64,000 nucleotides of DNA from Thermoproteota archaeon. GTDB lineage: Archaea > Korarchaeota > Korarchaeia > Korarchaeales > JAOZGB01. The notes beneath the pieces are model-generated. The model searched no databases, was not told where the DNA came from, and saw only the letters and a list, made by a program, of their open reading frames with translations. The DNA lies in assembly GCA_037917685.1 (NCBI GenBank), contig JAVCBU010000016.1, positions 1-64,000 of the forward strand, given 5' to 3'. The translations under genes and the position numbers were made by a program. The stretch's first letter is position 1; each line of letters starts with the position of its first letter. Shown piece after piece: positions 48,766-58,566 of the stretch.

Positions 48766-50718
48766 ATGGGCTGGCTCAGTAGGAGGATTCTATCTTTCAT
48801 ATCCACCGCTATACTTATCTACCTGTTAGATTTTATACTCCTTGCATATAAACCCGGCCTTCCATTTTTCCTCTCACAGTGGGAGCACAGAGGAGAGCAA
48901 TTCTCAATCGCTCAGCAGTTTTTAATGTTTTTAAGGCTTACCCTCAACGGCTTCGGCTACAGCAGGGTTGGAGAGGACAAGGTTATTACCGCGGTACTTG
49001 AAAAGCTTCCATGGAGCCTCCTCCTTCTATCTTCAGGAATAATAGGCGGTGTATTGATGGGTGTAACCCTTGGGATAGTGGCCTCCAAGTACAAGGGTAA
49101 AAAGCTGGAGAAACTGCTAACAGTGATGGTAGTCGCAACCTATTCTATACCCCCCTTCATAACAGGTCTAATACTTTGGAAAGGGCTTGCAGTAGGACCA
49201 GGGCTCTTCCCAATAGCCCATAAGAGAGGAGAGAAATACGCTTTCATGGATAAGCCACTGTTGAACGATCCAGTAGGATTTCTCATCGATGTAGCTTGGC
49301 ATCTCTTCCTACCAGCCCTAACTGTTTCACTAAGTATAATGGGACTCATATATCTAATCGTCAGGTCTACAATGGTCGACGTTCTCAAAGAAGACTACAT
49401 ATTGACAGCGAGAGCTAAAGGTGTCAAAGACTATAAAATACTGGTTAAACACGGGCTTAAAAATGCGATGTCAACGGTAATAGCCTCTTTCCCCTATCTA
49501 CCTGTCATGACGATAATACCTATGACGCTGGCAGAGGTAGTATTCTCCTACGGAGGCCTTGGAAACATGATCTACAAGGCTCTCCTATACTATGACTATC
49601 CTGTTTTAGAGGCGTCGTTCCTCACCATAGGCATAACAGTTGCAGGGGCAACCCTAATAGTGGACATACTCCACCGAACATTCTACCCTCACCTATATCC
49701 CCATTACACAGAGGCGATCAAACCCTCAATAATCATGGAAAGGCCTAGACTAAGGCTTCCAAGAATAAAACAGCTACTCTGGAAGGCAAAGCAGGGTGTA
49801 ACAAAAGCCCTATCCTCCGGCAACTTTAAACTATCTCTAACCATAATACTGTTTTTCACCCTAATGGCGTCAGCCGCCCCATACCTGGGCGATCCGGAAA
49901 AAATTAGAGCAGGAGAATACGAGCTGCCTCCCTCCTCAAGCCATCCTCTTGGAACAGATGAATATGGAAGGGATGTACTTTCAAGGCTGTGCTGGGCGTC
50001 AAGGTCAAGTGTTACCGAAGCCTTAGGATCGGTGGCGTTCGCACTAATCCTAGGTGGAGTAGTAGGCCTAGTATCTGGCTATTGGAAGGACACCCCAATA
50101 TCCTACCTTATCGACAGAATCGCAGACGTTTTCCTATCAATACCAATAATAATCTTTGTGGGAATATTTCCAGTATCCTTCGAACAGACAATAATGACAA
50201 TGATGAGCGGGATACCGGGGATCTCCGGGGTATCAATATTGATGGTAAACCCAACACTTAGGTCAATAATAGTGGCGGCACTTTCAAGCTGGGCGGTAGT
50301 AGCCAAACTTGTGAGAAATAGGGTTATAGAGGAGAACTCCAGGCTATACGTAGAATCAGCGAGGGCTATAGGCGCTGGAAGCCTCCACATACTGAGGAGA
50401 CACATATTACCAGCGGTAATGCCTATACTGGTTTCAAGCATAACCTATACAGCGGTGGTATCAACAACTCTTCAATCAACCCTTGACTTCCTAGGATACA
50501 GAAGACTTGTTGGAACAGCCGAGGAGACCAGGATATCGCCAGTCTTAACATGGGGAAGCATGATATCATACTCCACACTTTACTCCACGAAAGCATTCTC
50601 TAGGGGCTGGTGGATGCTACTACCCCCAGGCGTATGCCTAACCCTCATGACGCTAAGCCTTATACTCATAGGCCTTACAGTAGAAGATACACTGAAACCT
50701 AAACCACTAAGCCTTTGA
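48766..50718 (+). CDS. Fused DppB-DppC/OppB-OppC ABC permease
   Basis: First half EDYILTARAKG...KHGLKNA...DYP; second half HPLGTDEYGRD...YVESARAIG...RHILP. Confidence 0.9.
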   Translation: MGWLSRRILSFISTAILIYLLDFILLAYKPGLPFFLSQWEHRGEQFSIAQQFLMFLRLTLNGFGYSRVGEDKVITAVLEKLPWSLLLLSSGIIGGVLMGVTLGIVASKYKGKKLEKLLTVMVVATYSIPPFITGLILWKGLAVGPGLFPIAHKRGEKYAFMDKPLLNDPVGFLIDVAWHLFLPALTVSLSIMGLIYLIVRSTMVDVLKEDYILTARAKGVKDYKILVKHGLKNAMSTVIASFPYLPVMTIIPMTLAEVVFSYGGLGNMIYKALLYYDYPVLEASFLTIGITVAGATLIVDILHRTFYPHLYPHYTEAIKPSIIMERPRLRLPRIKQLLWKAKQGVTKALSSGNFKLSLTIILFFTLMASAAPYLGDPEKIRAGEYELPPSSSHPLGTDEYGRDVLSRLCWASRSSVTEALGSVAFALILGGVVGLVSGYWKDTPISYLIDRIADVFLSIPIIIFVGIFPVSFEQTIMTMMSGIPGISGVSILMVNPTLRSIIVAALSSWAVVAKLVRNRVIEENSRLYVESARAIGAGSLHILRRHILPAVMPILVSSITYTAVVSTTLQSTLDFLGYRRLVGTAEETRISPVLTWGSMISYSTLYSTKAFSRGWWMLLPPGVCLTLMTLSLILIGLTVEDTLKPKPLSL

Positions 50719-50814
50719 TGCAAATAAACTAGCATCTGCTATGAATATCTTAACAGGATAAACATCGGGTGTAAAACTTATAAAGAAGTACGAGTCTAAA
50801 ATCCCGATTCCCGT

Positions 50815-51735
50815 ATGAAAAAGTATGGGCTTATTATAGGACTGGTGCTACTAATATCTTCAATAGCTATACATACCTTCATTGCTAGAAGCAATGGAAC
50901 TGTAAATGTGCTTTTAGTAGTCGACGATGACGGTGCAAGACCAACAGAAACAGTGGAGAAGGAAAATGGAGAAATCCTATCAGTCCCAGAAGAGATGACT
51001 GTAGATGTAACACCCTATCACGACGCCTTCTCACAGCCTGCAATGGCGGGATACAGCTTAACAGAATGGCATACCCTTACAAGCGGGTCTCCCTCCCTTT
51101 CAGACCTACAGGGATACGACGTAGTGATATGGGTCACTGGCAACGAGGCTGTCGCCATAAACTCAGCGGAAGCATCAACACTCGCAGACTACTACTACAA
51201 TAATGGAGACCTAATACTAGAGGGCGGAGAAATATTCTGGGACCACCAATGCGATGCAGGTGACCCCCTAGCATGCGCAGTAGGTGTATACGACTGGGAT
51301 TATGATTCAACATCTTATAATAACCAGCTTTTAGCGTGGGATCCAGCACATCCGCTATTCAACACTCCAAACACAATAAGCTTCCCAATAACGGGGACAT
51401 GGAACGACCAGTACACCAAAGGTGATGGTTTTAACCTCGTCACAACAGATCCTAATGCTCACGGGATAGCATATTGGGATGGCGGCAGCCCGACAAGCGA
51501 CAAAGGGCCGGATCTGGCAATTTCAGTACACGAAAACCCCACATATGGAAATAGAGCCATATGTGTTGGAGCAGCGATAAGCGGAACATGGGATGACCCA
51601 GTTCCATTTATAATAAACATGCTCTACTGGGTTGAACCTGCACAGCCGCCAGGTCCAATTCCAGAGGTACCGATCTCAGTGTCAGCCGCCGCACTTGGCG
51701 TAGCTATAATACTTGCCTCTGTAAAGAGGCGCTAA
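50815..51735 (+). CDS. Secreted protein with a glutamine-amidotransferase-like domain and a C-terminal IPE-TM-KRR anchor
   Basis: Signal peptide; VLLVVDDD, LQGYDVVIWVTG, GDLILEGGE; ends PPGPIPEV-TM-KRR. Confidence 0.78.
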   Translation: MKKYGLIIGLVLLISSIAIHTFIARSNGTVNVLLVVDDDGARPTETVEKENGEILSVPEEMTVDVTPYHDAFSQPAMAGYSLTEWHTLTSGSPSLSDLQGYDVVIWVTGNEAVAINSAEASTLADYYYNNGDLILEGGEIFWDHQCDAGDPLACAVGVYDWDYDSTSYNNQLLAWDPAHPLFNTPNTISFPITGTWNDQYTKGDGFNLVTTDPNAHGIAYWDGGSPTSDKGPDLAISVHENPTYGNRAICVGAAISGTWDDPVPFIINMLYWVEPAQPPGPIPEVPISVSAAALGVAIILASVKRR

Positions 51736-51747
51736 CCCCTATTTTTT
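51736..51747 (+). terminator. Pyrimidine/oligo-T terminator
   Basis: cccctatttttt immediately after the stop codon. Confidence 0.5.
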
Positions 51748-51860
51748 ATAATGCTCTTTAAACCTCCACTTAAACCCAGGCTGATACAGAGCCTCCAACT
51801 CTTCCTTCCCAGGAGAATTTCTACAAGCATTGTTTAAATACTCTAAACGCTATTACTTCA

Positions 51861-52646
51861 TTGTTGGAAAGGCTCAGTACCGGCGTCGATGGCATTGACA
51901 GCATGCTTCAAGGCGGCATCCCGAAAGGATTCCTTGTCTGCGTTGCAGGTGAGCCTGGAACCGGGAAGACTGTTTTCTGTCTTCACTATGTGAATAATGG
52001 CGTTGCAAACAGGGAGAAAGCGATCTACATTACAACCGAGGAGGACATAGACTCCATTCTAGAACAGGCTGACCAGTTTAACATGAAGCTTAGAGATGCA
52101 TATCTGAGAGGGAACCTTGTAATGATAGATTATCTAGGCAAAGGGGAATGGTCCCTCCCCTCGCTAAACATGGAGGATTTAATCTCAAAGGTCGTGGAGG
52201 CTAAGAAGAGGCTTGGCTACGGACATGTCAGATGTGTGATAGACTCGCTCTCAGCCTTTTGGCTAGACAAGCCTGCAATGGCAAGGCACTACAGCTATCA
52301 GCTGAAGAAAAGGTTAAAGCCATGGCACCTAACAGTTCTTGCGGTTACACAGTATGCTGTGACCACAAGTCAGGCCTTCGGATTCGGCTTGGAACACGTT
52401 GCAGACGGGATAATAAGGTTTATAAGATCGGTAAGGGCTGGGAGGCTTAACAGGTACGTCCTCGTGGAGAAGATGAGAAACACCAACCACGACCTAAGAC
52501 TCCACAAGGTAAACATAACAGACGGCGTAGGCATGTCCGTAAAACCACTTCCATTGACAGCTAGGAGAGAAGACATAGCCCTCCCAAACCACGTATACAG
52601 GAAAATCCTAGAAGCCCACACCCAGAAAGAAGACATCATCCCATAA
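51861..52646 (+). CDS. Single-domain archaeal KaiC/RecA-superfamily ATPase
   Basis: LSTGVDGID, GEPGTGKT, TTEE, IDSLS, EHVADGII, VEKMRNT. Confidence 0.93.
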   Translation: MLERLSTGVDGIDSMLQGGIPKGFLVCVAGEPGTGKTVFCLHYVNNGVANREKAIYITTEEDIDSILEQADQFNMKLRDAYLRGNLVMIDYLGKGEWSLPSLNMEDLISKVVEAKKRLGYGHVRCVIDSLSAFWLDKPAMARHYSYQLKKRLKPWHLTVLAVTQYAVTTSQAFGFGLEHVADGIIRFIRSVRAGRLNRYVLVEKMRNTNHDLRLHKVNITDGVGMSVKPLPLTARREDIALPNHVYRKILEAHTQKEDIIP

Positions 52647-52711
52647 CACAGGGGCGTTCCCTCCATGAATGTTTATAACTTACCAGAATCAAATACAATA
52701 CGGGGACAAGA

Positions 52712-53611
52712 CTGCACATAGCCATAGTCGGAGTCGGAAGGGTTGGGAGCACTCTAGCACTGCTAATAGCCAGGGAGAAGATAGCGGACACAATCTCCCT
52801 CGTAGACATCTACCCAGGCCTAGCATGGGCCATAGCAAGAGACCTCGAGACAGCGGCCGCCTCCTTCACCTCAGACATAGAGGTGGAAGCCTACCAGGAC
52901 GCATCAGCCGTCAAAGGTGCAGACATAGTCGTGGTAACAGCCGGCAAGCCCAGGAAGCCCGGTATGACAAGAATGAACCTCCTAAACGCAAACAGTGAAA
53001 TAATAAGGGATATAGCCCTAAAAATCTACCCAGCTAACAAGGACGCAGTATATCTTATCATAACCAACCCAGTCGATCACATGGCAACCCTATTCAAAAA
53101 GTATACAGGGGGAAACGTAATCGGGAGCGGATGCCACCTGGACACTCTCAGGTTCAAAGTAGTTCTAGCAAAGATGCTAGGGGTAAAGCCGGCGAAAGTA
53201 GAGGCATACGTAGGTGGAGGACACGGGAGATACATAGTCCCGCTCTGGTCAACAGTAAAAATCCAGGGAAAACCCCTCCATGAATGGCTAAAACAAGAGG
53301 AGAAAACAATAAACAAGGAAGAAGCCAGAAAAAAGACCATTCAGATGGCAGACCAGATAATACAGAAAGCAGGCGGCACGATGCTTGGCCCAGCAGCAGC
53401 CTTCACCGAAATAATAGAAACAATAGCAAAAGACCAGGGCAAAATACTAAGCATAGCAACACCCCATCAAATAGACGGAAAACTCATCTATTTAAGTAGG
53501 CCAGTCAAGGTCTCAAAGGAAAAAGTTGAACCAATAGAAACACTATCACAAAAAGAAGTAGAGGAAATAACAAGAACAGGGAAAAAACTCCTAGAAATAC
53601 TAAATTCCTAA
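52712..53611 (+). CDS. mdh: LDH-like malate dehydrogenase (probable CTG start)
   Basis: HIAIVGVGRVG Rossmann motif lies in frame upstream of the ORF-track start; TAGKPRKPGMTR (Arg indicates malate specificity), TNPVD, LDTLR. Confidence 0.85.
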   Translation: MHIAIVGVGRVGSTLALLIAREKIADTISLVDIYPGLAWAIARDLETAAASFTSDIEVEAYQDASAVKGADIVVVTAGKPRKPGMTRMNLLNANSEIIRDIALKIYPANKDAVYLIITNPVDHMATLFKKYTGGNVIGSGCHLDTLRFKVVLAKMLGVKPAKVEAYVGGGHGRYIVPLWSTVKIQGKPLHEWLKQEEKTINKEEARKKTIQMADQIIQKAGGTMLGPAAAFTEIIETIAKDQGKILSIATPHQIDGKLIYLSRPVKVSKEKVEPIETLSQKEVEEITRTGKKLLEILNS

Positions 53612-53744
53612 AACAACCCTAAATCACAGAACATACCCAGCAATCCGATGAGGACACGTAAACCGGTAGAAGGCAGAGCTACTGTAAACCCCATAGACCC
53701 CGATCTTTCAACTCAAACCACGATCACTGAGAATATAAGGTTTC

Positions 53745-53912
53745 AAAGACCAGGGCAAAATACTAAGCATAGCAATAACCTACAAGGTAAACAACCGCTA
53801 ATACGCCTAAGCAGCCGTTAAACTCCGCCGCAGAGAATAACACCTCTAGAAATCCCAGACCCCTCATGGCAAGAGGGGAAATAGAGGAGGCTAGGGATAA
53901 AACTCCTTGCAA
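53745..53912 (+). pseudogene. Degenerate second copy of the mdh 3' end, starting with a 31-bp exact repeat
   Basis: aaagaccagggcaaaatactaagcatagcaa at 53429-53459 and 53745-53775; the following sequence loosely parallels the MDH C-terminus with stops and indels. Confidence 0.6.
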
Positions 53913-53997
53913 AACATGATCAACCAAACATCTAGAATATTTTACAACCTAATAGAAACTTTTATATAATATTAATTGTTAATAAGCCTGACCGAGA

Positions 53998-55884
53998 ATG
54001 AAAGAGAAGACGGTCCTAAGTCTAATAACACTCCTGCTACTCATACCCGCAGCCCAGGCAGCAGCCCAGCCCAAACAGCCTAAGCAGCCCCGCGGACCCT
54101 CAGACCCAATAGTTGACATAAAGGGCTATCCACCTGCCCCCCTCCAGGTTCCGGCCGCCGTTTTATGGACCTACGACCTCTCCACCATACAAAAGTCTAC
54201 ATGGGACATGGCCTCAGGAGACCTCGACAATGACGGACTCATGGACGTCGCAATAATACCCTATGATGAGGTACACGCAGTATTCGGTGACACAGGCACA
54301 GCAGCCTGGACACTAACCCCTGCGACAGGCAGAAATTCCGCTGTTGCCATGGGAGACCTTGACGGAGACGGAATAGATGACGTAGTTGTAGCAAGCCACG
54401 ACTATAATGTGTACGCGATTAACGGGGCCACGGGCCTGTCTATGTGGAACTACACATGCGAGGACTGGGTTATGGACGTAGCCATCGGAGACATAATACC
54501 AACAGAGCCCGGGTTAGAGGTTGCGGTCGGCGTAGACTTTTATGCTTCTACAAAAGATCTGATAGTTCTTCGGGGATCGGATGGGGCAGAACTTAGAACA
54601 TACTATACCTATGACGGAGACGGGTGTGAAACTGTTATCCTGGAAGACCTGAACGGCGATGGGGCGCTAGACGTCATAACCGCGACCTACTATATAGGAG
54701 ACGTCTACGCATGGGATGCAAACAATAACGTACTACTCTGGCGGTCAACATCACCCTCATGGACCTTCCTGACTGATTGTCTAGCGTCGGGAGACCTTAA
54801 CGATGATGGCACACCCGACATTGTATACGCATGTTACGGTGACGACAGAGTTTGGGCACTTAACGGAGCTGATGGGTCAGTGCTCTGGTCAGACACGCAG
54901 GATAACGGTTTAGTGAGCAGGGTTTGGGATGTTGACAATGACGGTGAGAACGAGGTGGTAGTGGGGTGGGATGGCCTCGTAACAGTATACAGCCGAACTG
55001 GAACCCTGGAGTCCCAGTTCACCACCGGGGATTGGAACATGGACTTGGATATAGGCGAATTTGACCCTAGTAAGCATCCGGGTCTTGAAATAGCAATTGC
55101 ATCATACGACGGGAGGGTGTACATCAACAGTGCAGAAGACATCTCACAGTGCCTGTACATCCATGTGGCACCGCCAGGAGGTTGGTATGGAAGCCTTGAG
55201 ATGGGGGATGTCGACGGAGACGGCTTAGACGAGGTTGTAGCAGCGGGATACCCAGACATGGTCTGCCTTGAGAACTTTACAGCTGTGTGGCAGCGGGTTT
55301 TCCAGGACGATGTTGAGTCTGGGGCTGGGGCGTGGACTTCTTCGGGACTCTGGCACATAACTACGAGGAGAGCTTCAAGCCCAACCCACAGCTGGTGGTG
55401 CGGAGACGAGGGGACAGGCGAGTACACGAATAATTTGAACGATACTCTAACGAGACGTGTAAACCTTATCGGATACACCTATGCCCTACTCAACTTCTCA
55501 ACATGGTATGAGATAGAGTCGGGATATGACTTTGGATACGTAGAAGTTTCAACCGATGGAGGATACACGTGGACAACCCTTGCTTCGTTTACCGGGACAT
55601 CTAGGAGTGGCGGTAAGAAGCTCTCGAAAGGCGCTTGGACCCCATCTGAGAGACAGGTGTGGACAACGGCTTTCGTTGATCTTTCAGCTTACACGGGTAG
55701 GGTAATCCTTATAAGGTTCAGATTTGAATCAGACTACTCCGTAACCTATGAGGGCTGGTATGTAGACGATATCGGAGTATTCGCTGGGCCACCAAGGCCT
55801 ATTCCCGAATACGATGGATACGGGCTTGCGCTGGCCTGCCTGCTAGCTTTCGGGGTTGCAGTAGCAGTTCTGAAAAGAAGATAA
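53998..55884 (+). CDS. Secreted FG-GAP/integrin-like beta-propeller protein with a jelly-roll (immune inhibitor A-like) domain and an IPE-TM-KRR anchor
   Basis: Repeated GDLDxDGxxD Ca-binding motifs; WYEIESGYDFGYVEVSTDGG, RFRFESD...GWYVDDI; ends PPRPIPEY-TM-KRR. Confidence 0.87.
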   Translation: MKEKTVLSLITLLLLIPAAQAAAQPKQPKQPRGPSDPIVDIKGYPPAPLQVPAAVLWTYDLSTIQKSTWDMASGDLDNDGLMDVAIIPYDEVHAVFGDTGTAAWTLTPATGRNSAVAMGDLDGDGIDDVVVASHDYNVYAINGATGLSMWNYTCEDWVMDVAIGDIIPTEPGLEVAVGVDFYASTKDLIVLRGSDGAELRTYYTYDGDGCETVILEDLNGDGALDVITATYYIGDVYAWDANNNVLLWRSTSPSWTFLTDCLASGDLNDDGTPDIVYACYGDDRVWALNGADGSVLWSDTQDNGLVSRVWDVDNDGENEVVVGWDGLVTVYSRTGTLESQFTTGDWNMDLDIGEFDPSKHPGLEIAIASYDGRVYINSAEDISQCLYIHVAPPGGWYGSLEMGDVDGDGLDEVVAAGYPDMVCLENFTAVWQRVFQDDVESGAGAWTSSGLWHITTRRASSPTHSWWCGDEGTGEYTNNLNDTLTRRVNLIGYTYALLNFSTWYEIESGYDFGYVEVSTDGGYTWTTLASFTGTSRSGGKKLSKGAWTPSERQVWTTAFVDLSAYTGRVILIRFRFESDYSVTYEGWYVDDIGVFAGPPRPIPEYDGYGLALACLLAFGVAVAVLKRR

Positions 55885-55896
55885 CCCCCCTTTTTT
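55885..55896 (+). terminator. Pyrimidine/oligo-T terminator
   Basis: cccccctttttt after the stop codon. Confidence 0.5.
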
Positions 55897-55934
55897 AGCA
55901 TTTAAGCGTTCCCAGTCTTCCTTTGATTATGCGG

Positions 55935-57065
55935 CTATATGTCTATGGTTGGTAGGATCTCCGCTATCCTGTCAGCGTTCTTGGTCGGCTTTTCTATTTC
56001 AATGTTGGTTCCTGGTGTTTTCAGTTTAACTCCTGTTAGGACGACGAGTATCTTTACCTTACTTTCAAGGCTTCTGTGAATGTCCGCGCCCCATTTCAGG
56101 TTTGCTTCTCCAACCATTTTTGACGCTATTTGCATGGTTACATTTTTTATCTCGCTAAGGGTGAGGTCTGGCCCCCCTCTGACAACGATTAGTGCTCCGT
56201 TAGCCCCGGTAGGATCTACCTCTAATAGTGGATTTCTAAGGGCCATTCTCAGGGCTTCCATACACCTATTTTTGCCTTCAGCGTAGCCGATGCAGATCGC
56301 AGCCATTCCGCCCTTGCTCATCAAAGTCCTTAGGTCGGCGAGGTCTATGTTCATGAGGGCTGGCTTTGTTACAAGCTCTGTGACTCCCTTCACCATTAGC
56401 GCAAGGATTAGGGTTCCTACTTCTAATGCTTTTACTAGGGGTAGGTGGCCTGCTACCTGGTTTAGTCTTTCATTAGAGATTGATGCAACGGTGTCTGCGT
56501 GTTTCCTAAGCTTTTCAAGGCCTTTCAATGCTACCTGCATCTTCCAGTTTCCTTCTCCCTCGAATGGGAGGGTTACGCAGCCGATTACCATCGCGCCCTT
56601 CTCCTTCGCGGCTTCAGCTATCACGGGGCCTGCCCCGGTCCCCGTTCCTCCGCCCAGCCCGTAAGCTATGAATACGAGCTCAGCGTCTCCTATGGCGTCT
56701 ACTATCTTTCTTATGTCCTCCCTTACACATTTTTCTCCTAGCTCCGGGTCTCCACCGACGCCCCTCCCGCCTGTTATGTTGTAGCCTATTAGAATCTTCT
56801 TATCTGCGAGGGTTAAATCTAGATGCCTTGAGTCTGTATTTACAGCTATACATTCAGCGCCCTGGACTCCCATCTTTTTGAGGAGTGTTACCATGTTGGA
56901 GCCGGCTCCCCCAACCCCGAAGACTTTAACAATATTTTTGCATTTCTCACTTACCCTGTCTTCCTCAAAGATTACCTCATAATACTTTAGGATTGAGTAT
57001 AAGTCTGACATGTCAGCATCATCCTGTTTTCTAATCCCCTGTTTGGGGTTTATCATCACTTTCAC
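55935..57065 (-). CDS. ftsZ: Cell division protein FtsZ
   Basis: GVGGAGSN, NTD, GLGGGTGTG, PFEGEG, T7 loop NIDLAD, VLTG. Confidence 0.93.
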   Translation of the reverse strand: MKVMINPKQGIRKQDDADMSDLYSILKYYEVIFEEDRVSEKCKNIVKVFGVGGAGSNMVTLLKKMGVQGAECIAVNTDSRHLDLTLADKKILIGYNITGGRGVGGDPELGEKCVREDIRKIVDAIGDAELVFIAYGLGGGTGTGAGPVIAEAAKEKGAMVIGCVTLPFEGEGNWKMQVALKGLEKLRKHADTVASISNERLNQVAGHLPLVKALEVGTLILALMVKGVTELVTKPALMNIDLADLRTLMSKGGMAAICIGYAEGKNRCMEALRMALRNPLLEVDPTGANGALIVVRGGPDLTLSEIKNVTMQIASKMVGEANLKWGADIHRSLESKVKILVVLTGVKLKTPGTNIEIEKPTKNADRIAEILPTIDI

Positions 57066-57370
57066 CTACTCCTGGTATGATGGTAGAGGTTAATGCTTGT
57101 TAAAAGCAAGAGAGCTGGAAATCTTTATATTGGTATCTTGCCAGGCTTACTATCAAATATTAATTCCGCATTTTCAGGCTTTCTATTCTCTCATTATAAA
57201 TATTCACCTCTGTTTTCATCATGGTTTCACACGGTGTGCTTTCAGATATTAGATAGGCACCCTCTAAGGGTATAATTCTCTTGTCGCTACGCTTTTTAGA
57301 AGAGTATTTCCACTCGAATTTTGACTTGGATGGCGTGGGGTTATAATTATAGTGTGTCTTATGGTTTCAT

Positions 57371-58069
57371 GTGGCCCTTGTAAGCGATGTTTTAAAATAC
57401 GTGTTTGACGTCGCCAAGGATGAGAGGGTTAAGGGACTCTGCGTAGGGCTTAAGTATAGTTGCGTTCTGCTAGAGGACGGTAGGTGTGGTGTTGCGTTTC
57501 GGTTTAGGAATTGGATGTCTGCTGTGGAAGACTATAGAACGACGTCTGGCTTTGATGTTGCAAGGCTTTGCCTAGAATGGGATCTTAATGCTGCGTCGCT
57601 TGGGACTGCAGCCGTAAACTCGCTTTTACCTGATCCTGGGGGTGTAAAGGTTGATGGGTATGCGAGGGTTAAGGAGCTTTGTAGGGATGCAGGGCTTGTG
57701 GTTTTCATAGGTTATTTCAAGCCTTTTCTTAGTATTCCCAACCGTTATGTTGTGATTGAGAAGTCTTTTCATGATGGCGTGCTTCCTGATGAGGCTTTTC
57801 AGGAGTATTTGCCTAAGGCTGATCTTGTAGTGATCTCCGGGTCTGCCTTTGTTAACAAGAGCCTTGAGAGGTTGCTGAGGATTTCAGGCGGCTACAATCT
57901 TATAGTAGGGCTTACTACTCCTCCGTGTAGTGTTCTCTTTGAGTACGGGGCTGATGAACTTCTGTACTCCAGGATCGTTGACGGAGGGGAAGTATATCGG
58001 ACGGTATGTCTCGGAGGAGGTAGTAGTCTCATTAAGAGGTATTCTGTTCAGCTTTCGGTTAGAAGGTAG
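57371..58069 (+). CDS. DUF364 (Rossmann-like, putative metal-related) protein
   Basis: ASLGTAAVN, IGYFKP, VIE, ISGSAFVNKSL. Confidence 0.8.
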   Translation: MALVSDVLKYVFDVAKDERVKGLCVGLKYSCVLLEDGRCGVAFRFRNWMSAVEDYRTTSGFDVARLCLEWDLNAASLGTAAVNSLLPDPGGVKVDGYARVKELCRDAGLVVFIGYFKPFLSIPNRYVVIEKSFHDGVLPDEAFQEYLPKADLVVISGSAFVNKSLERLLRISGGYNLIVGLTTPPCSVLFEYGADELLYSRIVDGGEVYRTVCLGGGSSLIKRYSVQLSVRR

Positions 58070-58421
58070 GTGTCCCCACTTCAAAGCCCAACATTCTTAC
58101 ACTTTTCAGCGTAGCCTTCAAGATTGTGGAATAACTTTCCAACAGTTTTAAGCCTTCCCTGGTTAGGGTTGTCCTGCCCCCTCCTCCGTATCCTCCTCTG
58201 GCAGCTGCCACAATTTTCCTGCCATATGCTTTCTCTATCTCTCTTATTATTTTCAGAGCTTTCCCGTAGGATATGCTAAGTTTTCTTGATGCTAGTGTCA
58301 GGCTTTCGGTTTCTGCGAGGGTTTTCAGAAGCTGGTATCCCCCATATCCTATTATTGTCTCTCCTCCAGGATTTTCAAACCAGACTTTCACCTTTACAAC
58401 TATTTTCCCGGGTGATTCCAA
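58059..58421 (-). CDS. ModE N-terminal-type winged-helix regulator without a molybdate-binding domain
   Basis: KVWFE, GYQLLKTL...SLTLASRKLSISY, RGGYGGGGRTTLT. Confidence 0.85.
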   Translation of the reverse strand: MESPGKIVVKVKVWFENPGGETIIGYGGYQLLKTLAETESLTLASRKLSISYGKALKIIREIEKAYGRKIVAAARGGYGGGGRTTLTREGLKLLESYSTILKATLKSVRMLGFEVGTPTF

Positions 58422-58520
58422 GACTTACACCGCTGTTTAAGCTGTGTTTCATACCCCTGTTGTCTATTTAATGTTCAGCCTAGTCTTGTGTCGTCGGACA
58501 TTAAGGCATAATTTTTTATT

Positions 58521-58556
58521 TTCAGAAATTTCATAAATTATTGAAGAATATGAAAT
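58521..58556. promoter_or_regulatory. Symmetric operator upstream of the GbsR-like regulator
   Basis: TTCA-N5-TTCA-N8-TGAA-N5-TGAA, including ATTTCATA/TATGAAAT arms. Confidence 0.55.
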
Positions 58557-58566
58557 GGTGTTCTAG

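Noticed and set aside
51861-52646. Circadian clock
   Set aside because: Single-domain archaeal KaiC-like ATPase with no kaiA or kaiB.
52669-52998. 109-aa plus-strand ORF before mdh
   Set aside because: An alternative frame over the true MDH N-terminus.
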